Shown here one piece after another: positions 39,135 through 51,081 of a stretch of DNA of 64,000 nt. The first letter of the stretch is position 1. Each line of letters starts with the position of its first letter. This stretch comes from Amoebophrya sp. A120 (lineage: Eukaryota > Protista > Dinoflagellata): the NCBI GenBank assembly GCA_905178155.1, contig CAJINV010000005.1:5287038-5351037 (forward strand). The letters are read 5' to 3'. The notes below the pieces were generated by a model. It made no database searches. It had not been told where the DNA came from and saw nothing but the letters and a program-made list of their open reading frames with translations. The position numbers and the translations under genes are program-made.

Positions 39135-42100
39135 ATGGACCCGGAAATTCGATCTCGTCTCCGGAATGGCGCGGTCGCCTGCCGTTTCCGCGACCCGGGG
39201 TTACCCCTCTGCATCGACGGGTTTGTGCAGTGCAAACACCTATGCATTGCAAAAGTATCGTAGTACTAGTATAAATTGCATTACAAACTGACTTAGCATA
39301 TACAAATTGAATTTGTAATGCGGATCTGCCTTTCAGAAAAAGATTTGTAATGCATAAACGCGATTAAGTAGTACGAGTGCGATACTTTTGCACTGCAGAA
39401 CACCGGAAACTGAAGTTCACGGCGAACGAGCGGTTTGCGTACGGCGGCCGTGACATCGGCGGCGCCTCCGCTTTCTCGACGAACAGCTATGGCGCATCCA
39501 GTTCGACGACGAAGATGGAAGCGGGCCTATCCTGTGCAAAAGTATCGTACTCGTACTGCAATCAAAATCATGCATTACAAGTTTTTTCGTTAAGGTAAAT
39601 CAGCATTACAAATTCTATTTCTCATGCTGAGCGAACAATTTGTCATGCATTTATACGAGTGCGATACTTTTGCAGTTCATAGGGCCTGTCGCAGCTGTTG
39701 CCGCCGACCACCTGCATGTACCAAGACCGACACGGCGACAAGAACCAGATGCCGAATATCAAATGTAAAAATGTCTGGGTCTGGAAAGTTGGAACTTGTG
39801 ATGCTAGCTTTGGAGTCTAAAAAAATCTGTATTGCATGACCAGCAAGAGGAGCCACATTTGGGCTACGCGAGGAGGGCATTTGTCATGCGGAAATGGCAT
39901 CAGGAAGCTTTCCAAAAATCTGTGATGCTGGGTCATGCATTACAAGCATCATGGGTCATGCCAGACAAGCATGACAACCCTTCCGTTCTTCCAGACCCAG
40001 ACATTTTTGCATTTGATACCGAACCCCGGTGTACCAGACGACATTTCTGACGTCGATGGAAGCTCGGACCGTCTGAACTACGGGATTCTGCTGTACTATC
40101 GGGCGAGGGAATTGCAACTGGTACAAGCAAGTAGCGTGGGAGGACAAAACGGTAGTACAAGCACTGCCCGCGCGGACAATACCATGTATCCGATTGAATT
40201 CTATGTCGAGTCCGAGCAGCTTCGGCGGCAGATCCTCGAGGTGATAACCGACCGGCAGACGAATCCGAACCCCAGGCCGCTGTCCACGCAGCTGTACGAA
40301 AGTCTGTTCGCATCGTCAGCACCAGCGAACAGCTATCCTGTGCAAAAGTTGTACTCCTGCGCAGATGGGACGGACTTGCAGTTCTCGTGCAACACTGCAT
40401 GATGACAAAAAACTTATCAATTTTAATTTATTCTCTGCAGCCTCATTTTGCATTCACAAGCTGGTGGATTTGAATGAGATTGAGAATAACAAAATCATTT
40501 AGATACCATTGTAAACATATTAACTCATGCTACTTACTTATACTTATGTTTGTACATGTTCTTCATCTTCTACGACACGCACGAAACTTTTGCCGACCTT
40601 CATAACACCTCCGCCTCTACGGCCTATGACCCCGGCCGGGAAACGGATCAGATCAAACTGCATTCCAATTACCAATACGGTGGCTCCTCCGCCTCCAGTA
40701 CGCGCAGTACCCCTGGGGGCCGGCTATCCGGAACCAGGAGCAACCACGGGCGGGCGGCCGGCACGGCGAGCGTGATGCTGGAGCGAAGCCGGAATTTGAT
40801 GGCCAAGTTCTGTTTGGCACAGAACGATATCCATTGCAAAAGTATTGTACTCGTAGTAATCGCAGTCATGCAATACAAATTTCCATCTCAAGGTAAAACA
40901 GCATTTTTACAAATTCCATTTGTCATGCTGAGCTAATAATGCGATTACTACTAGCACGATACTTTTGCAATGCATAAACGACGGTGGAGGTCCCGGAGCA
41001 GGCGGGCGGAGGCAGGCGAGATCGGAAAACGGATTTAACGGCCGCGGAGGCGCGGGAAAGAACACCAGAAACAGTAGAACGAGCAAACTGTTTCGCAGCA
41101 CGTTCGGAGGAAAGAGATTGACCCGAAGCAGCTTCGAAAGTAACGAAGGCGCGGGGTCTATCCTGTAGAAAAACTACGTCCCCACCCCAGAGTTGTAATG
41201 CAAATCTGCATGCCTCAAATGTTCCTCATGCGCATGATCCGCCTGAAAAGCTGCACTTTCTAATCGTGTTTTGGAATTTGTCATGCTAGAACCAGGATAA
41301 GAGTGCCCATTTCTGATGCGTCTGCGCGAGCTGAACACTATAAGTACACGGCAAGCCCAAACTTGTCATGCGAGAATGCTAAAAGTTCTCGATTTGTGTT
41401 GCAAAGTTGCCATCTTGACTCGGGTGGGGACGTTTTTCCTCAGGATAGGGTCCCTAAACGTCCGATCCGATTTGGAAATTTTGCAAAATTATCTGCTATC
41501 AAATGCAAATATGTCTGGGGCTGGAAGATTGCTACGTTTGTCATGCATGTCTGACATGACTCAAGAATCTGTGATGCATGAGCACGAAGCGACCCTCTTG
41601 CCTGTCGTGCAAAAACGCAGCTTGCCATGCGGAACACGCAACACATAGGAGCCCAAAAATTTGTCATGTTTGGCTCGGTATTTTTGCAGTGGAACTCTCA
41701 TTCACTTTTAGCATGATATACAAGTTTCCAGACCCAGACTACACATTTGCAATGCATACCTCCGCCACGACTGCGAAACGGCCTTGAGCAAGCTTGTTGA
41801 GAAGAGTTATCAAATGTAAAAATGTCTGGGTCTGGAAGATTGCCAGGTTTGTCATGCACGTTTTGCATGACGTGTGAGGTCTGTGATGCATGCCTTAGCA
41901 TCACAGATTCTGTGAGATCTTTACCATGCCTTTTCCGCATGAGAAACTGCCTCTAAAAGTGAACAGCTTTATTGGTAATCATGCAACACAGATTTTTGTA
42001 TGATTCAGATTTAGCATGACAAGTTGTACTCTTCCAGACCCAGACACTTTTACACTTGATAAGAGTAAGGGCAACACCAGCAGCACCGCTACTACAACTT

Positions 42101-45100
42101 TATCTCACGTCAAACTCGGCACAAAAACTACTTTCCAGAGATACGAGGCTCTGGTGGAGAATATCATCAGCGAGTATTCCGATTTGGGGCATCTAGAAAC
42201 CTTTTTCGAGGTGAATTACCCGAGCGGCATGCGGGAAGAACAATTTGGGTGGTTTTTAGTGCAAATGCAGGACGAGAATTCCCTGGTCGCGAAGGAGGTC
42301 TTTTCCTTCCTGAAACCGCCCTGGAAAACGAGTAACTCATCCAGCATTGCGTCGAACAGTAGTTCTGGTGCGACGTCGGCGCACCAGCAATACCAGTCGC
42401 AGAACACCACTTCGAGCAGTAATATGTTGGACCAGCTCCACATGTCGAGTTTTGACCAAACCGCGAATGCTCTGAACAAGTTCGGCCTCCGGCGCTGGTT
42501 GTGCGATGCGAGCCGGAATTGCATCTGTAGTGGGCATATGAATTGCAAAAGTAAATTGTACTCGTATAAACGCATTACAAATGTCCTCAGGTTGACAAAT
42601 ATAATTTGTAATGCGGATTTAGCTTGACAAAGAAATTTGCAATGCATGATTGCAATTGCTACGAGTGCGATACTTTTGCACAGCATAGGGCACGAGAATG
42701 GCGGTTCTGGTGCGACGAGTCTGAATCTTGGGGAAGATAGCTTCATCGAGGACCATATCTTGTGCACAAGTATCGTACTCGTACTGCAGTCATGCATCAC
42801 AAATCTTTTTCTTGAGGTAGATCCGCATTACAAATTATATTTTTCATGCTGAGGAAATTTGTGATGCATTTATACGAGTGCGATACTTTTGCAGTTCATA
42901 GACCATGTGGATCACAGCTTGATCGAAGTCGACGAGCGAACCCTCGATTACCCGTTCGCCAGCTACCTGGTGGCGTCGACCGGGTTTTATTGCGGCGGCA
43001 ATCGTAATTCTGCTTCAACATCATCACTGGGCAAGAACGACCCCGGACGAGCAGATGTACATCAACTTCTAGAGGAGAAGTTTCTGAATGACTTCCTCCC
43101 ACTAATAGCCAACAAGTATCGGTGCCTTTCGTTTCTGGTTTGCGCAGATGGAAGTGACAGTAGTACAACCGGCGATCATGAAGCAGGAGCAGGCGGAGAG
43201 CCAGTAGCTGCGGAACTACCTTCTTCAGCGATGAAAAACAAAACCCTAGATGATCATGCTGGCTACTCCGTGCACATTTCGCCGACTCTGAAAATCTCGA
43301 TACTAGCGATCCTTGGAAAGTTGGCACAAGTGGAAGAGAAGCAGGACCGGGGCCGAAACAAGTTCCCCCTGACTGTAGTGCTGCTGAATGGGGTTAATCA
43401 TAGTAGTCAACATTTGCTGGCAAGAACTTCTAGAAACACCAGTCCAGCACCCGCCTCTCTAGCAGCCTATCTAGAGAAGATGAGCTTACCTTCGCCAGTG
43501 TTTCGGGTGATGCACTCGGCTGGATCTGCTGCGCCGGCATCATCTTCAGCTTCTTCTGGACAACAGCAACGAAGTAAGAACTACCTCGTTCCCGATATCA
43601 AATGTGAAAATGTCTGGGTCTGGAAGATTGATGCCAGGCTTGTCATGCATATTTTGCATGATTCGTGATGCCTGTAATGCATGACCTAGCATCACAGATT
43701 TTTAAAGAGCCTTCTGATGCGTATTCCGCATGAGAAACGCCCGCTCCGCGTAGCACGAATTGAACTCCTCTTGCTGGTGATGCAATACAGATTTTTTTTA
43801 CCTTTCAAAGACAGCATCACAAGTTCCAACCCTTCCAGACCCAGACACTTTTGCAATCCATACCAGAGACCCCCATGCAACTACTCCGAACAGGCACGAA
43901 GATTGCGATCGAGATAAAGGTATGCAGTGTAAAAGTATGGTATTGGTAGTGATTGCAATACAAATTCGCTCAGGTTTGCTTTGGCAACGAGATTTGTAAT
44001 GCATAAATGCAATTCCTACGAGTACGATATTACTTTTGCACAGGATAAGCAGAAGGTGCTTGCCCGAGCTTTCCCGCCGCCTGGAAGAATTGTAGGCCGC
44101 CACCAGAAGTAAACGTAGAGTCCTCGTCTGAGGCCGCGCAGGACGTCGGGGGTGCAGCGGGTGGAGGTCAACATCTTCGTGCTGGGTCAACATCTAGTAG
44201 GGCGCATGATCTTGCAGGCAGCGGTGGAGGAGGTGCAGGCGCCAACGAGGAGGAGGAGGTGAGGCATTTCTTCGCGCCGATTGTCCTCCGGAGTGGGAAT
44301 GGAAACGACCCATCGGAAGACTTTTACGATGACAGTGAGGATGGAGACGGGTTCTCTTCTGATGATTTAAATTTTCCGGAGGACAAAATGCACCACTACC
44401 ACTGGCCGTGTTTGCAGCTTCACGGAGAAGGTTGTAATGGTGCTGCAGGAGACGCAAATAGAATTATTCCGGCTTCCGTCGACGTGTGCAATTTGTGGGC
44501 GAGTGGGATACAGAGAGTCTGCTGTCCACCCCCAACAGGCGTGTTTTCAACATCAATCAACACGTTGACCAAGAACTACATCAATCCACCTAAACCAGAA
44601 CACATCCTATCAAATGCAAATATGTCTGCGTCTGGAAGGCTGAGAGACTTGTCATGCAGGTTTTCCATTATGTGTGGGGTCAGTCATACATGACCCAGCA
44701 CGACAGAAGATTCTGTCCGACGACTTCTATCATGCTTCGTCTGCGTGAGAAACTCCCTCTCAGCTTGGTCAAAAGTGGACAGCTTCTGGTAATCATGCAA
44801 CACAGACTTTTGCACTATCCAAGATTAGCATGACAAGTTGCAACCCTCCAGACCCAGACACATTTGCAATGCATACATCCTGTTCGAAAACAACGGGTTT
44901 CAACTTCAGGACCTCCCTATCCTGTGCAAAAGTATCGTACTCGTAGTCGTATTGCAATCATGCACTACGAACCAATCCTTTTGCTGAGGTAAATCCGCAT
45001 TACAAATTTTATTTCTCATGCTGAGGAAATTTGTAATGCATTTATACGAGTGCGATACTTTATTTGCAGTTCATACTCGCACAACTCCGCCCCTGGCACG

Positions 45101-46708
45101 TTTGCATCCGCCCGCTTTTGTTGGAAAGAGCCTTCTGTGTCGGGGAAAAATTGCCGGGGGCGCAAATGCAAAATCAAGCGTCGGCTGACGATGGATTTCG
45201 AGACGTGCTTCGCAGCATCACAGACGATACAACTACAGTAGGTGTTGGAGGTGACTCTGCATCCACATCCACATCCAGCGGGGGCGCAAATGATAACAGC
45301 TGTTATAATAGTGCGTCTTCTCATTCGTTCACTACTGGTACTGCGGCAAGTAGAACTTTGACTTCTTCCCCCACTTCTATCGACAAAAGACAAGTCTTTT
45401 TCACCGCTAAACTGGAATCTTTCGCACGTAAGCGCGGCCCAAGTTACTTCGGGAAAATGGAGTTTGAAACGAGCGCGAATTTGTTTCAAGCCGACGTCAA
45501 CATCTCGGCGATTCGAAAGGATGTTGAGATGATAAACCAGGCTGGAACTACTGCTTCTGTGGCAACGCCTGCCACAGCGGCCAGTGGGCAGTATACCAAC
45601 ACTTCCAGCGCGACGGGGGGTGCGTCCACAAATTCTGCGAATCAACATACGGGTCGTACTTCTAGCAGTGCAACGTCTTCCAGAACGGCTTCTAGAGCAG
45701 CCGGACCCGGAGGTCAGCATATGTATTGCAAAAGCATCGTACTGGTAGAAATGACATCACAAATTCGTTCAGCATGGCAAATGGAATCTGTCATGCTGTT
45801 TTCCCTTGGGATGGAAGTTTGTAATGCATGATTGCGATTACTACGAGTACGATACTTTTGCACAGGATACAGCAACGTAGGCCGCAATTTGTGCAGGCGA
45901 GACACCCCAACGGGCAGCAACAGAGCAAATATCAAATGCAAATATGTCTGGGTCTGGAAACTTGTGATGCTGGGTGGCGTATCATGAGGAGGCCACAAGT
46001 GCTGGCTCAGCATGACAAGTTTCTGAGCTTCTAGGTGTTGCCTATTCTGCATGACAAACTGTGTTTCATCTGCATGAGCATGACAAGAAAATGGGTCTCT
46101 TGGGTAATGTGCATGACAGATGTAAGAGTCATGCGAAACAAGCATGACAAACTTGCACTTTTCCAGACCCAGACATATTTGCATTTGATAGCAAAAGCAA
46201 CTTTACAAATGACGAGTGGCTGAATTCGGAGCTACTCCAGCAAATTCGGTTTAAGTGTCCGCACCCGGAGTCGGGTTTGCTAACTCTGAAGCTGAACCAC
46301 GTAGATGCCGTCACGCGAAAAATCTCGACGGTCTATCAAATGCAAAAATGTCTGGGTCTGGAACAAAGCAACTTGTCATGCTAAATCTGAATCATGTAAA
46401 AATCTGTGTTGCATGATTACCAAAAGCTGTCCACTTTTGACCTAATCGAAAGGCAATGTCTCACGCAGGATAGGCATGATAGAACTGTCACAGAATCTGT
46501 CATGCTATGACCTACATACCAGACCCCATGGGTCATGGAAAACCTGCATGACAAGTCTGGCACTCTTCCAGACCCAGACACTTTTGCAGTTGATACGGTC
46601 AGTCACTACGCAATGCGACTCTTGCACTTGCGACCAGGGCTGCGCTGGGTGCCGTTTGCGGGAAATCGGGAGTTTCGGGGGATGCTGGTGCATGTGGAAT
46701 TTTTGTAA
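39135..46708 (+). CDS. Divergent phosphoinositide phospholipase C-like protein (PH/EF/X/Y/C2 order), probably non-catalytic; about 17 introners
   Basis: The frame stayed continuous across the junctions checked. X-box-like TLDYPFASYLVAST; Y-box-like RIIPASVDVCNLWASGIQRV and LFENNG; C2-like ending LLTLKLNHVD..SHYAMRLLHLRPGLRWVPF. Assignment is from remembered motifs only. Confidence 0.6.
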
Positions 46709-46726
46709 ATACTGGAGTGGAATGGT

Positions 46727-49163
46727 ATTTGGCATGAACAACTTGTTCATCGCTTTCGCTTCCTGTCTTTGCAAATCTGCATTACAACTCTGGCGTGGGT
46801 ACGTTTTTACACAGGATATGCACCCAATTGAATTCTATGTCGAGTCCGAGCAGCTTCGGCGGCAAATCCTCGAGGTGATAACCGACCGGCAGACGAATCC
46901 AAATCCCAGGCCGCTGTCCACGCAGCTCTACGAAAGTCTGTTCGCATCGTCAGCACCAGCGAACAGCTCCGCCTCTACGGCTTATGGAGACCCAGGCCGG
47001 GAAACGGATCAGATCAAACTGAATTCCAATTACCAATACGGTGGCTCCTCCGCCTCCAGTACGCGCAGTACCCCCGGGGGCCGGCTATCCGGAACCAGGA
47101 GCAACCACGGGCGGGCGGCCGGCACGGCGAGCGTGATGCTGGAGCGAAGCCGGAATTTGATGGCCAAGTTCTGTTTGGCACAGAACGACGCCGGTGGAGG
47201 TCCCGGAGCGGACGGGCGGAGGCAGGCGAGATCGGAAAACGGTTTCAACGGCCGCGGAGGCGGTGGATATCGCAAGAAAAAACTGTTTCACTGTGAACTT
47301 GTGATGCATAGAATGGAACACAGAACTATTTGTCTTGCTACACCTGCAAGACCTTGACTCTCTAGGGGTGTTTTTCCGTTGGAAGCGCGCATGGCAAATT
47401 TTCTGTGTCATGTGCAACAAACTTGTGATGCAGATCTTGCAAAATCATCACAGTGAAACAGTTTTGTCGTGGGATAGTGGAAACACCAGAAACAGTCGAA
47501 CGAGCAAACTGTTTCGCAGCACGTTCGGAGGAAAGCGATTGACCCGGAACAGCTTCGAAAGTAACGAAGGCGCGGGGGCACCCAACGTCCGATCCGATTT
47601 GGAAATTTTGCAAAATTACCTGCGCCACGACTGCGAAACGGCCTTGAGCAAGCTTGTGGAGAAGAGTAAGGGCAACACCAGCAGCAACACCGCTAGTACA
47701 ACTTCATTTCACGTCAAGCTCGGCACAAAAACTACTTTCCAGAGGTACGAGGCTCTGGTCGAGAGTATCGTCAGCGAGTATTCCGATTTGGGACATCTAG
47801 AAACCTTTTTCGAAGTGAATTACCCGAATGGCATGCGGGAAGAACAATTTGGGTGTATCAAATGTAAAAATGTCTGGGTCTGGAAGATTGCCAGGTTTGT
47901 CATGCACATTTTGCATGACTCCTGATGTCTGTGATGCATACCCTAGCATAACAGATTTTGTGAGGGCTTCCTGATGCCTATACCGCATGACAAATGCTCT
48001 TTCCGTGTAGCAAAACTTGGACTCTCTTTGCTGCTCATGCAATACAGATTTTTTTAGAGTCCGAAATCAGCATGACAAGTTTGATTCTTCCAGACCCAGG
48101 CATTTTTACAGTTGATAGGGTGGTTTTTGGTGCAAATGCAGGACGAGAATTCCCTGGTCGCGAAGGTATCAACTGTGAAAATGTCTGGGTCTGGAAGAAT
48201 TCATGTTTGTCATGCTTGTCAGGCATGACTCTTAAATCTGTCATGCACGTTACCCAAGAGCTCCGTTTTTCTGTGATGCAGAAGCGCAGTTTGTCATGCA
48301 GAATAGGCAACACCTAGGAGCTCAGAAACTTGTCATGCTGAGCCAGCAGCTGTAGCCTCATCATGAGACGCTACCCAGCATCACAAGTTCCCAGACCCAG
48401 ACACTTTTACTTTTGATAGAAGGAGGTCTTTTCCTTCCTCAAACCGCCCTGGAAAACGAGTTGTAACGCAGCCAGCATTGCGTCGAACAGTAGTTTTGGT
48501 GCGACGTCGGCGCACCAGCAATACCAGTCGCAGAACACTGCGACCAGTAGTATGTTGGACCAGCTCCACATGTCGAGTTTTGACCAAATATGACAGTGCA
48601 CAACTCGTCCCCCTCCCCCCTCATTTGTAATGCAAAATACGAAGTTCACATCTTGCCCTCAAGCACAGTCTGCGTCACAAATTTTGGAGCTTCATCAAAC
48701 AGTACTACAATCCATGTGCAGACTTGTCATGCGGAAGTCACATTTCTGGCGTTGCTTGTATTGCTGTTCATGCCAACATTCGAATGAGGGGGAGGGGGAG
48801 TTCTTGTGCACTTTCATACCAAACTGCGAACGCTCTGAACAAGTTCGGCCTCCGCCGGTGGTTGTGCGATGCGAGCCGAAATTGCATCTGTAGCGGGCAC
48901 GAGAACAATGGCGGTTCTGGTGCGACGAGTCTTAATCTTGGAGAAGACAGCTTCATCGAGGACCATGTGGACCACAGCCTGATTGAAGTCGACGAGCGAA
49001 CCCTCGATTACCCGTTCGCCAGTATGCTGTGCAAAAATGTTTGTCCCCACCGCCCCACAGTCAAGATGGCAAATCTGCAACACAAATGTCCAAGTTTTGG
49101 GAGTTCTGCATGACAAGTTTCCATCGCATTTGGCATGAACAACTTGTTCATCGCTTTCGCTTC
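46727..49163 (+). repeat. 36-bp direct repeat (46727-46762 and 49128-49163) flanking the duplicate
   Basis: ATTTGGCATGAACAACTTGTTCATCGCTTTCGCTTC occurs at both sites. Confidence 0.9.
46819..49022 (+). pseudogene. Partial duplicate of PLC-like exons (homologous to 40184-42962) with its own distinct introners
   Basis: High nucleotide identity to the upstream gene's exons; lacks both the N- and C-terminal coding parts; bounded by half-introners and a 36-bp direct repeat. Confidence 0.85.
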
Positions 49164-51081
49164 TGCATCACAAATAGAAGTATTTTCTTTGGTGGAAGCG
49201 TGAGCATTGACAAGCTCTTCAAACACCTCGCCTTCTGATCATCATCAAGCTCGACGAACAAATTTATCTTGGTCTATTAATCTTCCGATGAATCTGTCTA
49301 CTTCTTGCGACATCAAAGAACCGCAATCGCACCGCAGGTCGGGCAAAGATGCCTTTTTTTCTGTGGTGTGTTTGATTTTTGACAAACGAATGGCTGGTCG
49401 GTCTTCGCGTTTGCTCTCTTATTCGGTATCTGAAAATTTCTCTTTCTAGCTGCTGATGAATGTTTTAACGACAAAGATTCATCCTACCATTGTGATCATC
49501 GGTGCTGCAACGAGCAAAGTTGAGAAGTCGGATGATGCTGACCCACGACATCAAATCGGCCTACGATGAGATAATTTCTGTCGGAGATAGTTGAAAAATT
49601 CTGTCTTTGCTTTTTTACGCAATGCGAGCAACTGCTCCTGTTGCTACTTGTAGCAGTAGAGACCTATCATCTTTCGGTTTTGCTTTCGTCGCTTCGGATC
49701 TGCGCTTGTGCAAGGTCGGTGAAGTCAAAATTGTTGAGTAAAAACGACTAAAAAGATAGTTATGTGAAGAAAATTTTCGAATTGAACTTACAATGTAAAA
49801 ACGGAAGCAAATCGCAGATCCACTCAAGTCTAACCCATTCACGATATTCTATATCACCTCTGACTTTATTTCTTTTTGCGCCACTCGACCGAAAGAACCC
49901 AGTAACTCATAAATACAAAAGTATTTTTCTTTTGACAGAAAATTGCACCTATGTGCCGTAGCCGCAGCAACGGCGATGCGTGAAGTCGAAGCCTTTCCAC
50001 AGAAAAGTAGATGAGGAAGATCTGAAATACTATTCCCGAGGAGCACAGCCTGGAGTTGTGTGACAGACGAAAGAGATGAAAACAAGATCCCCGCGACTGT
50101 TAAGCATTGTGCAATTTATTTACAACAACATTGACACGACACTGTTCTACTAGTTCCTTCTTCATCTAGCTACCTCAATACAGAGAGCTCTTAAGTAGAG
50201 AAGCGGAAGAGACCAATAATCAAGACGATCTAATACTAGTAGTTGCATCTGACTCTGAACACCAGGTGGCTCATCACACTAAAGTAGTGACAGATGAACA
50301 GAACAAATATGGCCTAAAAGCGACACATCAAAGAACTGCACTAGTAGTTTCATTTTTTTGTTGGCAAAAAGGAGGAGAACTACTTACACACTACGTCTAG
50401 TTGTACTAGGTTGGTTACTTTCATAAGATTTTTGGACGTGGTGTGGAGCTTCTAGTGCGCTGCTGGTCGTGCAACGACAGCGAGACCACATAGTAGAGAA
50501 GGAGGATCAACATCATCATTGACACGAAGATCAAGAGCTTTCCTTTCCTCCGATCTCATTTTTCCTGCCTAGAAGTTCTTAGGCTCTCATTATATTATCG
50601 GCCTAGAGCTAGACCAAGCCAAGATTTTAGTACTTCTGAAATACGGTCGACGCGGTCGGTGAACGAAGGAAGTCATGACCACTTGTACTTACTGGTAAGG
50701 CCCACCAGCAAGCGCTGCAAGGGCCGCGAGATCTATTCCTGCTATCTAAGTACATAGTAGAGCGCCGCACTCCGTCTCAGACGATCTTCTTCAAAGTTAA
50801 AAGCGCTAGCTTTGCTAAAAGCTACGGCTCTGTAGCTGCCTTATCTCCACGTAGAAGTCCTCGCATTTTGCTATATACAGCCTAGTTTCTTTGGTGTTTT
50901 GCATGCGCAGCGCACGATTTTGACGTGATAGTTTATCATACTAGCGGCGAGAAAAAATTATAGCAAAGTGTCATAAAAATTCTCAAATAAGTATATTTTT
51001 ACCTACAGCGACTTTACTGCGACAACGCGTTTTAAATACTTCATTCAAGTCTACTGGTGGCCTGAGAGAACTTCTGTCAAA

